Assembly (NCBI GenBank): GCA_965220745.1
Contig: CBDCQT010000005.1
Location: forward strand, 384,001 to 448,000
Source: Alphaproteobacteria bacterium
GTDB lineage: Bacteria > Pseudomonadota > Alphaproteobacteria > UBA828
Length of the DNA stretch: 64,000 nt
Direction: 5' to 3'
Shown: one piece after another, positions 1 through 9,575 of the stretch
Numbering within the stretch: the stretch's first letter is position 1
Layout of the letters: every line of letters starts with the position of its first letter
Made by a program: the position numbers and the translations under genes
Notes under the pieces: generated by a model
Told to the model about the DNA's origin: nothing
Seen by the model: the letters and a program-made list of their open reading frames with translations, nothing else
The model's database searches: none

Positions 1-1
1 G

Positions 2-406
2 CGGCGACAGCCCTTCGAGATTTTCATCAACTCCAAGAACACCGAGCACTATGCCTGGACCGTGGCCCTGACACGGATGATCAGCGCCGTGTTCCGCCGG
101 GGCGGCGACGTGTCCTTCATCGTGGAGGAGCTCAAGGCGGTCTTCGACCCGAGGGGCGGCCAGTGGATGGGCGGCCACTATGTGCCCTCCATTCTCGCCG
201 CCATCGGCGGCGTGATCGAGCAGCACCTGGTGAGCATCGGCGCGCTCGCGCCGCCGGAGACCGCGCGGCTGGAACCGCCGTCGGCGGAAGACGGCGACGC
301 GCCGGCACGGTCGGCGCGATTCTGCGGGCGCTGCGGGCAACCGGGCCTCCTGCATCGGGAGGGATGCGATCTCTGCCCCTCCTGCGGCTACTCCAAGTGC
401 GCGTGA
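2..406 (+). CDS. nrdJ: Class II (B12-dependent) ribonucleotide reductase, C-terminal part (TSCPD domain + Zn ribbon); 5'-truncated by window edge
   Basis: Frame open from base 2: PFEIFINSKN..AWTVALTRMISAVFRRGGDVSFIVEELKAVFDPRGG, ending CGRC..EGCDLCPSCGYSKC, typical alphaproteobacterial NrdJ tail. Confidence 0.9.
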   Translation, partial: RRQPFEIFINSKNTEHYAWTVALTRMISAVFRRGGDVSFIVEELKAVFDPRGGQWMGGHYVPSILAAIGGVIEQHLVSIGALAPPETARLEPPSAEDGDAPARSARFCGRCGQPGLLHREGCDLCPSCGYSKCA

Positions 407-472
407 AACACGCTGGCTAACGCTTGAACCCTTAGGGTGCTCTGATTACCGTTCTTCGGACCGAGTCCGTCC

Positions 473-1528
473 ATGGGAAGTTCAATGAGGCGCGTCCTCT
501 TGGTGGCGGCCGGTGTCGTCGGCACGATAGTGATCGCGGTGGCCGGATATACCGGCTACTGGTTCATTGCCGCGGGCGAGATCGGGGACCGGATCGACGA
601 TTGGACCGAGAAGCAGCGGGCCCAAGGGCTCGAGATCGAGACCGGGGGAACGTTCGTATCGGGCTTTCCCCTTCGCTTCGAGGTCACCCTGCGCGACCCG
701 CGCATTCACGACACCCGGAACGGATGGCGCTGGGCCACCGATTCGCTGCGCGCCGAAGCCTCCTCCTGGGACTTCAGCGAGGTCACGGTCTATCCCGACC
801 GCCGCAATGCGGTTCAGGTTCTTGTGGAAGGCGGAGAATGGCGTGCCATCGACGCGCACATCGGCGGTGGGCAGATGGTCGTCAGGCTGGACGATGACAG
901 GCGCTTCAGGGAGATCGCGCTCGATCTGCAGGGGCTTGAGGTCGCGGGCGTCTGGCCGGAGAGGGTTGCCCAGATTGGCAGCCTGCAGGCCAACGGGGTC
1001 GCCATCGACGACGACGGGAGCGGCGAGCAGGTCCTGAAGACCTCGATCGCCGTGCGCGATGCCGTGCTCCCAAGCGACCTTGCCGAGGGGCTCGGCGAGA
1101 GCCTCGACTTCCTCGACATCGACGCGAGCGTGGTGGGCTCGATCCCGAGCGAGCGCGGGACTAACGAGGCGATTACCGCCTGGCGCGACGCCGGCGGCAC
1201 GCTGGAACTGAACGACTTTCGCGTGCGCTGGGGGCCGCTCGGAATCGAATCGGCCGGCACCATCGCGCTCGACGGGGCGATGCGCCCCATCGCCGCGCTG
1301 ACCGCCAACATCATCGGCTACGGCGATGTCATCGACGCGCTCATCATGAGCAACATGATTCCTCTTGGCGATGCCTTCATCGCCAAGGTCGCCTTCAACA
1401 TGCTGGCCGAGAAGCCCGAGGACGGCGGCCCGCCGGTGCTGCGCGGGGTGCCGGTGACGGCGCAGGACGGCACGTTGACCGTCGCGACGATCAAGGTCGC
1501 GGAGCTGCCGCCGCTGCCTCTGGAGTAG
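473..1528 (+). CDS. DUF2125-like membrane-anchored periplasmic protein
   Basis: N-terminal TM helix with YTGYWF, VSGFPLRF motif, and WRDAGGTLEL..LRWGPL motif near the C-terminus. Confidence 0.7.
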   Translation: MGSSMRRVLLVAAGVVGTIVIAVAGYTGYWFIAAGEIGDRIDDWTEKQRAQGLEIETGGTFVSGFPLRFEVTLRDPRIHDTRNGWRWATDSLRAEASSWDFSEVTVYPDRRNAVQVLVEGGEWRAIDAHIGGGQMVVRLDDDRRFREIALDLQGLEVAGVWPERVAQIGSLQANGVAIDDDGSGEQVLKTSIAVRDAVLPSDLAEGLGESLDFLDIDASVVGSIPSERGTNEAITAWRDAGGTLELNDFRVRWGPLGIESAGTIALDGAMRPIAALTANIIGYGDVIDALIMSNMIPLGDAFIAKVAFNMLAEKPEDGGPPVLRGVPVTAQDGTLTVATIKVAELPPLPLE

Positions 1529-1559
1529 GGCAGCGCGAGGACCCGCGGCGGAGCCGCCT

Positions 1560-2315
1560 CTACGGTTTGGCCAAGACCCCGCCGTCGACGATCAGCTCGG
1601 TCCCGGTGACGTACGAGGCGGCGTCCGACAAGAGGAACAGCGTGGCGTTCGCCATGTCCCGCGTGGTGCCGACGCGACCCAAGGGCACCGCCGCCTCCGT
1701 CGCCTCCCTGAGCGCGGGGTTGTCGACCCAGCGCTGTTGCATGGGCGTCTCCGTGGGCCCCGGCAGAATGGTGTTGGAGCGGATGCCGTCGCCGGCGAAC
1801 TGGATCGCGATGGACTTCGACATGGCGACGAGGCCGGCTTTGGAGGCCTGATAGGCGTCCTGCGGCGCATCGTCGCCGCGCACGCACTGGATGGTGGCGA
1901 TGTGCACCATCGCGCCGCCGCCCGTCCGTTTCATCAGTGGCACGGCTTCGCGAGCAGCGAGCAGCGAGCCCTTGAGGTTGATGGCGAGCACGTCGTCCCA
2001 CACGTCGAGGTCCATGTCGACCAGGGAGCGATCGCGGCCGAGCAGGAGCACGCCGGCGGCATTCACGAGGTAATCGAGCCGGCCGGCCGCCTCGTAGCAG
2101 TCGGCCATCGCCTGGGCCACGTCGGTCGGGGAGCGCAGGTCGCCCTGCACGTAGTGAGCGCCTGCGGGCAGGTCGTCCGGTTCGGGCTTCACGTCGAAGA
2201 AAGTCGCCTGGGCGCCGGTGCCGATCAGGTCCCGCGCAATCTGAAGCCCCATGCCGCTGCCAGCACCGGTCACGAAGCCGTTTCGCCCGCTAAAATCGGC
2301 CCTCATCTGGGTCAT
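1560..2315 (-). CDS. Short-chain dehydrogenase/reductase (FabG-like)
   Basis: TGAGSGMG Rossmann motif, VNAAG, YQASK catalytic motif, GIRSNTILPG. Confidence 0.9.
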   Translation of the reverse strand: MTQMRADFSGRNGFVTGAGSGMGLQIARDLIGTGAQATFFDVKPEPDDLPAGAHYVQGDLRSPTDVAQAMADCYEAAGRLDYLVNAAGVLLLGRDRSLVDMDLDVWDDVLAINLKGSLLAAREAVPLMKRTGGGAMVHIATIQCVRGDDAPQDAYQASKAGLVAMSKSIAIQFAGDGIRSNTILPGPTETPMQQRWVDNPALREATEAAVPLGRVGTTRDMANATLFLLSDAASYVTGTELIVDGGVLAKP

Positions 2316-2460
2316 CGGTCCCTCCCTGGGTCAGGAGACGCTTTAGCCGCATTCTCGACCAACCCGCAAGCTGTCACTCGCTTCTGCGCTGTGGGGCGTA
2401 TAGTGGAGCAGGTTCCGACGCCCGGCGACTGTGGGACATGAAGGGAGCGGCGGAGAACAC

Positions 2461-3510
2461 GTGAGCGAGCTCGACCGCAGGCTGAGCGTCGCGCCGATGA
2501 TGGCGCGGACCGACCGGCACTGCCGCTACCTGCTGCGGCTGGTCAGCGCACGCACGCTCCTCTACAGCGAGATGATCCATGCCAACGCAGTTGTGCGAGG
2601 CGATGCTGACCGGCTGCTCGCCTTCGACGACGCGGAGCATCCGGTGGGTCTCCAGCTCGGCGGCGCGGAGCCGGACGCGCTCGCGCGGGCGGCGGAAATC
2701 GGCCAGGCCTTCGGCTACGACGAGATCAATCTCAATATCGGCTGCCCGAGCCCGCGGGTCCGCAAGGGTCGCTTCGGTGCCGCCCTGATGGAGACTCCCG
2801 ATCTGGTGGCGGAGTGCGCAGCAGTCATGATCCGCGCGGTCGATGTGCCCGTCACGGTCAAGTGCCGCATTGGGATTGACGGGCGGGGTGACTACGAAGA
2901 TCTGAAGGCCTTCGTCGAGACCGTCGCCGCCGCCGGCGTGAAGAGCTTCGCCGTGCACGCGCGGATTGCCGTGCTCGATGGTCTGAGCCCGGCCGAGAAC
3001 CGCGAGATTCCGCCGCTTCGCTACGACGCTGTCTACCGCCTCAAGCAGGACTTGCCGGCGCTGGAGGTGGTCATCAACGGCGGCGTCGCCAGCCTCGACG
3101 AGGCGGATGCCCACCTCGATCAGGTCGACGGCGCTATGATCGGGCGCGCGGCCTACGCCGACCCCGCCATGCTGCGCGACGCTGACCGCCGCATCTTCGG
3201 CGCACCGGCGCGCGCCGAGCCGAGCCGGCACGACATCGCCCGCGCGATGCTACCCTACGCGCGCCGCATGTGCGCGGACGGCGTGCCGCTCCACCACATC
3301 ACCAAGCACATGCTCGGGCTGTTCGCAGGGCAGCCCGGCGGGCGCGCTTGGCGCCGCGCGCTCGGCGAGGCCAGCCAACGCCCCGGCGCCGGCGCCGAGG
3401 TCATCGAGGAGGCGCTGACGCTGGTGCCGGAGCGCGCTGGGCGCGGGGATGCCGGGCGTCGGGACGTGGAACGCGCCCTGAGCAACCGTGCGCTCGCCTC
3501 CGCTTCATAA
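2461..3510 (+). CDS. dusA: tRNA-dihydrouridine(20/20a) synthase DusA
   Basis: SVAPMM, EHPVGLQLGG, EINLNIGCPS, VTVKCRIGID, LSPAENREIPPL; GTG start at 2461 after GGAG. Confidence 0.9.
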   Translation: MSELDRRLSVAPMMARTDRHCRYLLRLVSARTLLYSEMIHANAVVRGDADRLLAFDDAEHPVGLQLGGAEPDALARAAEIGQAFGYDEINLNIGCPSPRVRKGRFGAALMETPDLVAECAAVMIRAVDVPVTVKCRIGIDGRGDYEDLKAFVETVAAAGVKSFAVHARIAVLDGLSPAENREIPPLRYDAVYRLKQDLPALEVVINGGVASLDEADAHLDQVDGAMIGRAAYADPAMLRDADRRIFGAPARAEPSRHDIARAMLPYARRMCADGVPLHHITKHMLGLFAGQPGGRAWRRALGEASQRPGAGAEVIEEALTLVPERAGRGDAGRRDVERALSNRALASAS

Positions 3511-3603
3511 CGGGAATCACCCTTTTATCGGGTCGTCCGACCGCTAAGATGGCGCTGCCGCGGCCGCAAGCGCCGCGAATTGCATGTGCGGGGACAGGGA
3601 GCG

Positions 3604-5703
3604 ATGGCGAGAATCGGCGTCGATGTCGGGGGGACGTTCACCGACCTCATCCTGGAGACGAACGGCGCTGCGAACGACGGCGGCCGGGTCTTCGTGCACA
3701 AGGTGCCGAGCACGCCGGAGGACCAATCGCGCGGGGTCATCCAGGGCGTCCTCGAGATCTGCGCCGAGGCCGGTGTCGGGCCGGGCGACATCGAGCAGAT
3801 CGTGCACGGCACGACGATCGCGACCAACACGGTGATCGAGTATTCCGGCGCCGAGGTCGGCATGCTGACCACGCGGGGCTTCCGCGACATCCTGCACATG
3901 GCGCGGCACAAGCGGCCCCACAATTTCTCGGTGCAGTTCGACGTGCCCTGGCAGTCGCGTCCGCTGGTCAAGCGGCGCAACCGCATTCCCATCACGGAGC
4001 GCATCCTGCCGCCGGACGGCCGCATCGAGGTTGCGCTCGACGAGGACGAGGTGCGTGCTGCCGCCGAGCTCCTGAAGTCGCGCGAGGTGGGCTCGGTCAT
4101 CGTCTGCTTCCTGTTCGCCTTCCTCAACGACGCGCACGAGCTGCGCGCAAAAGAAATCGTGACGGAGGTGATGCCGGACGCCTACGTCGGCTGCTCGTCT
4201 GAGGTGGTCGACGTGATCCGGGAATACGAGCGCTTCTCGACGGCGGCGATGAACGCCTTCATCGGCCCGCGCACGTCGTATTATCTGAACAATCTGGCGA
4301 CGGCGCTGCAGAAGAACGGTGTCGACGCCCAGATCCGCGTGATGCAGTCAAACGGCGGCGTGACCACGCTTGCCGGCGCCGCCGAGCGCCCGGTGACCAT
4401 CCTCATGTCGGGCCCCGCCGGCGGTGTCGTCGGCGGGCAGTGGGCGGGCGACATGTCTGGCGTCCGCAACCTGATCACCGTCGATATCGGTGGCACCTCG
4501 GCGGACATCAGCGTGGTGCCGGACGGCAAGGTCCGAATCATGAACCCGCGGGACACGCAGGTCGGCGGCTACCCCATCCTGGCTCCCATGATCGACCTCT
4601 CGACCATCGGCGCCGGTGGCGGCTCGATCGCCTACGTCGACGACGGCGGGGCCTTCCGCGTCGGGCCGCGCTCCGCTGGCGCGGAGCCAGGGCCGGCCTG
4701 CTACGGCCGCGGCGGCACCGAGCCAACCGTGACCGACGCCCAGGTGGTGCTCGGCCGGCTCGACCCGGAGCAGTTCCTGGGCGGCGGGCTGGAGATCGAC
4801 CCGGCGCGTTCGCGCAAGGCGCTGGAAGACAATCTCTGCGGCCGGCTCGACATGTCGCTCGAGGAGGCGGCGCTCGGCGTGATCCGAGTCATCAACTCCA
4901 ACATGTCGCTCGCGATCCGCGCCAACTCCGTGGCCAAAGGCGTCGATCCGCGGGATTACGCGCTGGTTGCCTTCGGCGGTGCCGGGCCGCTGCACGGCAC
5001 CGCACTCGCGCGCTCGGTCTTCGCGCGCGAGGTGATCGTGCCGCCGGCGCCGGGGATCAACGCCGCGACCGGGCTGCTCGCCACCGACATGAGCTACGAG
5101 TTCACGCGCTCGGTGCTCTGCGTGCTCACCCAGGCCAGCCAGGACGAGATCGACACGCTCAACGAGCAGACCGACGCGCTGGTGCGGCGCGCGCAAGAGG
5201 CATTGGCCGCAGACGGCGTCGCGCCCGAACACCAGCGGCTCGTCAAGATCGCGGAGTGTCGCTACCAGGGGCAGGGCTTCGAGCTGCGCGGCACCATGCC
5301 GGACGGCCCGCTAACGCTCGATAACCGGGCGGAGCTGCTGGCGAGCTTCCACGAGCGCCACCGGCAAGATTACGGCCACGCCTTCGAGGACCAGGAGGTC
5401 GAGGTCATCACGCTCCGGGTCGTCGCCTCCGCCGGCATCGGCGCGCTGAGCTGGCCCGAGGCGCCTCAAGGCGGCGGCCGCAATCCGGAGGACGCGCTGC
5501 TCTACCGCCGCGCCACCACCTTCGACGACGGCCAGACCTACGAGACCCCCCGCTTCGACCGCGGCAAGCTCAAGGCCGGTCAGCACATCGACGGACCGGC
5601 CATCGTCATCCAGACCGATTCGACCACGCTGGTGCCGCCTGGCTACGAGGCGATGGTCGCGCCTTCGGGCAATCTTCACGTCAGGGAGGTCGCCGAGTCA
5701 TGA
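3604..5703 (+). CDS. Hydantoinase A / 5-oxoprolinase / acetone carboxylase family ATP-binding subunit
   Basis: IGVDVGGTFTD, VHGTTIATN, MSGPAGG, DIGGTSAD, IGAGGGSIA, VGPRSAGAEPGPACY, FGGAGPLH. Confidence 0.9.
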   Translation: MARIGVDVGGTFTDLILETNGAANDGGRVFVHKVPSTPEDQSRGVIQGVLEICAEAGVGPGDIEQIVHGTTIATNTVIEYSGAEVGMLTTRGFRDILHMARHKRPHNFSVQFDVPWQSRPLVKRRNRIPITERILPPDGRIEVALDEDEVRAAAELLKSREVGSVIVCFLFAFLNDAHELRAKEIVTEVMPDAYVGCSSEVVDVIREYERFSTAAMNAFIGPRTSYYLNNLATALQKNGVDAQIRVMQSNGGVTTLAGAAERPVTILMSGPAGGVVGGQWAGDMSGVRNLITVDIGGTSADISVVPDGKVRIMNPRDTQVGGYPILAPMIDLSTIGAGGGSIAYVDDGGAFRVGPRSAGAEPGPACYGRGGTEPTVTDAQVVLGRLDPEQFLGGGLEIDPARSRKALEDNLCGRLDMSLEEAALGVIRVINSNMSLAIRANSVAKGVDPRDYALVAFGGAGPLHGTALARSVFAREVIVPPAPGINAATGLLATDMSYEFTRSVLCVLTQASQDEIDTLNEQTDALVRRAQEALAADGVAPEHQRLVKIAECRYQGQGFELRGTMPDGPLTLDNRAELLASFHERHRQDYGHAFEDQEVEVITLRVVASAGIGALSWPEAPQGGGRNPEDALLYRRATTFDDGQTYETPRFDRGKLKAGQHIDGPAIVIQTDSTTLVPPGYEAMVAPSGNLHVREVAES

Positions 5704-7472
5704 CCGCCAACAAGACCGAAGTCGACCCGATCACCCTCCAGGTGATCGGCGGCGCGCTGCATACGATCGCGAAGGAGATGGGGCATGTGCTCTACCGCAT
5801 GTCCTATTCGTCGATCATCCGGGAGTCGGAGGACCTGGGCGCCGGGCTCTTCGACCGCAACTTCAACACGCTCTGCGAATCCGATTCGACGCCGATGCAC
5901 ATCGGCTCGATCCCGGCCTACCTGCGGGGGATCGACAAAACCCTGCACGACCCCTGGCAGCCCGGCGACATCGTGATCCACAACCACCCCTATTACGGCG
6001 CGAGCCACTCGCCGGACATCGCCGCCGTGGCGCCGGTCTTCTACGAGGGCGAGCTCGTCGGCTACTCCGCCAACACGGCGCACCACGTGGATATCGGCGC
6101 GGCCACGCCCGGCCTCATCATCGACGTGCCGGACGTGTTCGCCGAGGGCATGCTGTTCAAGGGCGTGAAGCTCTATGAGGGCGGCGTGCTCAACCGCGCG
6201 CTCTGGCAGTTCATCGAGACCAACACGCGGGTGCCGAGCCAGGTGATGGGCGACATCGAGGCCCAGGTTGCCTCCGCCGAGCTCGGCGTGAAGCGCTTCG
6301 TCGAGCTGCTGGACCAGCACGGCAAGGACGTGGTGTTCGCGGCGACCGAACAGCTCATGGACTATTCCGAACGCATGCTGCGCCGCCAGATCGCGGCGAT
6401 CCCCGACGGGGAATACCGGGCCGAGGGCTTCCTGGACGACGACGGGCGCAACCGAAAGGAGCCGCTTCCGGTCAAGGTTGCGGTGCGGATCGAGGGCGAT
6501 TCGGCCGAGGTCGATCTCACCGGCTCGTCGCCGCAGGTGCCGACCGCCTTCAACGTGCCCTTCGAGGGCTCGACCAAGGTCGCCTGCTTCTTCGCCTTCC
6601 GCGCGCTGCTGCTCGATACCGCGACGATCACCGAGCACGTGCCGCAGAACGAGGGCTCGTTCCGCCCCATCAAGGTCACCGCACCCAAGGGCACGATCTT
6701 CAATCCCGAGTACCCGGCGGCGGCTGAGGCGCGCTTCAACCAGATCCAGCGCGTGGTGGACTGCATCGCAAAGGCGCTCTCGCCGGTGATTCCCGACAAG
6801 GTGACGGCGGGCTCGTCCGCCGACGTCTCGGCCATCGCCTATTCGGGCGTCAGGCCCGACGGCAACTACTGGGTCTTCATCGAGGTCAACGAGGGCGCGT
6901 GCGGCGGCAGGCCATATTCCGACGGGCCGGACACGATCGAAGAGCTGATGCGCAACACGCGCAACAACCCGATCGAGGATCTCGGCATGCATTTGCCGCT
7001 GCTGTGCGATCGCTACGAGCTACGGGACGACGTGATGCCGGGCGCAGGCCGCCATCGCGGCGGCATCGGCGTAATCAAGGTGCAGCGCTATCTGACGCCG
7101 GGCTTTCTTACCCACGAGGCCGATCGGCACGACGACCCGCCGTGGGGATTCCGCGGCGGCACCACCGGCAAGGGCGGGCGTCTCATCAAGTATAACGTCG
7201 CGGACCCGGAGCGGATCGAGGACCTGCCCGCAAAGATCCACGGGTTACGCAACCAGACCGGCGACTGCATCGGCTTTCTGGGCCCCTGCGGGGGCGGCTA
7301 CGGGGATCCGCTTGAGCGGCCGGCGGAGCAGGTACGCGAGGACGTGCTCGACGACTTCTGCACCCGCGAGCACGCCTATCAGGCCTACGGCGTCGTGCTC
7401 ACCGAGGCGCTGGACGTCGATCTAGCCGCCACCGAGGCACGGCGTGCCGAGATGTCGAAGCAGGTGGCTTAG
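5700..7472 (+). CDS. Hydantoinase B / oxoprolinase family subunit
   Basis: DPITLQVI..EM..YSSIIRESED, NHPYYGASHSPD, AHHVDIG, GAGRHRGG, GGGYGDPLER; ATGA overlap with the A subunit. Confidence 0.9.
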   Translation: MTANKTEVDPITLQVIGGALHTIAKEMGHVLYRMSYSSIIRESEDLGAGLFDRNFNTLCESDSTPMHIGSIPAYLRGIDKTLHDPWQPGDIVIHNHPYYGASHSPDIAAVAPVFYEGELVGYSANTAHHVDIGAATPGLIIDVPDVFAEGMLFKGVKLYEGGVLNRALWQFIETNTRVPSQVMGDIEAQVASAELGVKRFVELLDQHGKDVVFAATEQLMDYSERMLRRQIAAIPDGEYRAEGFLDDDGRNRKEPLPVKVAVRIEGDSAEVDLTGSSPQVPTAFNVPFEGSTKVACFFAFRALLLDTATITEHVPQNEGSFRPIKVTAPKGTIFNPEYPAAAEARFNQIQRVVDCIAKALSPVIPDKVTAGSSADVSAIAYSGVRPDGNYWVFIEVNEGACGGRPYSDGPDTIEELMRNTRNNPIEDLGMHLPLLCDRYELRDDVMPGAGRHRGGIGVIKVQRYLTPGFLTHEADRHDDPPWGFRGGTTGKGGRLIKYNVADPERIEDLPAKIHGLRNQTGDCIGFLGPCGGGYGDPLERPAEQVREDVLDDFCTREHAYQAYGVVLTEALDVDLAATEARRAEMSKQVA

Positions 7473-7487
7473 AGCGGGGAAGGTCGC

Positions 7488-8273
7488 CTAAAGGCGGAAG
7501 CGGTCGCCGAGGTAGACGCGCCGAACCTCGTCGTGGGAGACGATGTCCGAGGGCGCGCCCTCCATCAGCACGGCGCCCTCGTTGATGATGTAGGCGCGGT
7601 CGCAGATGTCGAGCGCCTCCCGCACGTTGTGGTCCGTCAGCAGCACGCCGATGCCGCGGTCCTTGAGGTGGGCCACGAGGTCGCGAATCTCCGCGACCGC
7701 GATCGGGTCGATCCCCGATAGCGGTTCGTCGAGCAGGACGAAGCGCGGCTTCGAGGCGAGAGAGCGGGCGATCTCGACCCGCCGGCGCTCGCCGCCCGAG
7801 AGCGCGAGCGAGGGCGTGCGCCGCAGATGGGTGATCGAGAACTCCGCCAGCAGCTCGTCGAGCACGAGCTCGCGCTCGTCGCGCGCCGGCACGGAAACCT
7901 CCAGCACGGCGCGGATGTTGTTCTCGACCGTGAGCCCGCGAAAGATCGAGGCCTCTTGCGGTAGGTAGCCGAGGCCGAGGCGGGCGCGGCGGTACATGGG
8001 AAATCCCGTGATGTCGTGCCCGTCGAGGAAGACACGGCCGTAGTCCGCCGCCATCAAACCGGTCATCAGGTAGAAGCAGGTGGTCTTGCCCGCGCCGTTG
8101 GGGCCGAGCAGGCCGACCGCCTCGCCGCGCTGGACCGTCAGGCTGAGGCCCCGCAGCACCGGCCGCTTCTTGAAGCTCTTTCCCAGGTTCTCGGCGCGCA
8201 GGCCCGGATTGCCGGCAAGGACGACCGGAGTCGCCGAGCCTCCCGCGGTGCCGGCGGTAGCGGGCCGTGTCAT
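7488..8273 (-). CDS. lptB: LPS export ABC transporter ATP-binding protein LptB
   Basis: GPNGAGKTT, YRRARLGLGYLPQEASIF, LSGGERRRVEIAR, TDHNVRE, VRRVYLG. Confidence 0.95.
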   Translation of the reverse strand: MTRPATAGTAGGSATPVVLAGNPGLRAENLGKSFKKRPVLRGLSLTVQRGEAVGLLGPNGAGKTTCFYLMTGLMAADYGRVFLDGHDITGFPMYRRARLGLGYLPQEASIFRGLTVENNIRAVLEVSVPARDERELVLDELLAEFSITHLRRTPSLALSGGERRRVEIARSLASKPRFVLLDEPLSGIDPIAVAEIRDLVAHLKDRGIGVLLTDHNVREALDICDRAYIINEGAVLMEGAPSDIVSHDEVRRVYLGDRFRL

Positions 8274-8302
8274 GCGGCGATCACCTCGACGCCCTGCACG
8301 CG

Positions 8303-8887
8303 TTACTCTCCCCTATCCTCGGGCACGAACAGGCCCCGCACGCGCGTGCTGCCGCCGGAGACCCGGCTGACCCCCGATTCCAGGTCCATCGTCAGCGTCT
8401 CACCCCTGACGATGTTGTTGCCCCGATTCAGGACCACGCCGCCGGCGAGGTCGATGCGGCCGTTCTCGACGTCGTAGACGCCGCGCTGACCCTGCGCCGT
8501 CTCGTCCGGCGACGAGACGACGACACTGCCCTCGGCATCGATGCGCGAAACTCCCAGATTGCCTTGGCCGCCCTCGACATCGCGGTAGTAGACGGTGAGC
8601 ATGTCCGCGTTAAGCACCATCTCGCCCTGAACGGCCTTCACATCACCCTCGAAGATTGCGACGTTCTCCGACTGACGCACTTCGAGTGTATCCGCGGTGA
8701 TTTCGATCGCCTGGCTGGCCTCGTTTGTACCGCCCGCTGCGTCGTCCGAGTCCTGTGCCGCTCCCACCCCAGCCAGCATGACCGCGGCTGCGAGAGTGGA
8801 CGCGAGCAGACCGAGCCGCCACGGTCGCCACGCCGATCCCTGCCGGCTAACCCCGGCCTTCATCGCCTTGCTTCCCCAAAGCGTCAT
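8303..8887 (-). CDS. lptA: LPS transport periplasmic protein LptA
   Basis: Signal peptide, IEITADTLEV..AIFEGDVKAVQG OstA-type beta-jellyroll, RVRGLFVP end; ATG 8887 follows GGAGG (alternative start 8863). Confidence 0.85.
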   Translation of the reverse strand: MTLWGSKAMKAGVSRQGSAWRPWRLGLLASTLAAAVMLAGVGAAQDSDDAAGGTNEASQAIEITADTLEVRQSENVAIFEGDVKAVQGEMVLNADMLTVYYRDVEGGQGNLGVSRIDAEGSVVVSSPDETAQGQRGVYDVENGRIDLAGGVVLNRGNNIVRGETLTMDLESGVSRVSGGSTRVRGLFVPEDRGE

Positions 8888-9575
8888 CGCTTCCTCCCAG
8901 CGCATCCGGGTACAGGGTCATCCGCACCCGGCCACCGAAGGTCATGACCTCTCCCCGGTCCCGGAGCGCGAAGTTGCCGGCGTCCAGCAGCCCGTGTGGG
9001 CCCGTGCCGCTCACCGGCTCGTCGCCCTTCGCGGTTCCCGCCGGCAGGTCGACATGGGCCTTCGAGGTGCGGAACTCGTGACCCGCGTCGGAGCGAACCG
9101 TCACGTCGCCGCTCAGGTCCAGCCGCTCGGCGTCGCGCTGGTATATGCCCTCGTTCGCCGTCAGCGCCAGCAGGCCGCTCCGTGCCGGATCGCCGAAAAT
9201 ATCGGCCTCGATCTCGCTGAGATGCACGATCGGCGAATCGCGTTCCGGCTGGAACGCCTCCGCTCCCCTCACGGCGAAGGGCCGGTTCTTCGCATCGGTC
9301 CCCTGATAGCTGGCATTGACCATCGTCAATCTGCCGTCGATCTCGGGATCCTCGGTCAGCGGGATGTGAACGCCCTCCTCCCCGCCGCTCACCAGAGGCC
9401 ACGCCACGACGAGGCCGAGGAGAGCCGCGGCCATCGCCGGCAGCAGGTAGCGCATGAGGCCGACGAAGCCGCTGTAACGGCCGGGGCGCGCGACGTCACC
9501 GCCATCCGCACGGTAGTGCCGGAGCCGGCCTGACGGCGTGGCACCGCTCGGCCCTCTGTCCCGTCCGGCGCTCAT
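8847..9575 (-). CDS. lptC: LPS export periplasmic protein LptC
   Basis: YSGFVGLMRYLLP TM anchor, YQGTDAKNRPF, VSGTGPHG; position between kdsD and lptA. Confidence 0.85.
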   Translation of the reverse strand: MSAGRDRGPSGATPSGRLRHYRADGGDVARPGRYSGFVGLMRYLLPAMAAALLGLVVAWPLVSGGEEGVHIPLTEDPEIDGRLTMVNASYQGTDAKNRPFAVRGAEAFQPERDSPIVHLSEIEADIFGDPARSGLLALTANEGIYQRDAERLDLSGDVTVRSDAGHEFRTSKAHVDLPAGTAKGDEPVSGTGPHGLLDAGNFALRDRGEVMTFGGRVRMTLYPDALGGSDDALGKQGDEGRG

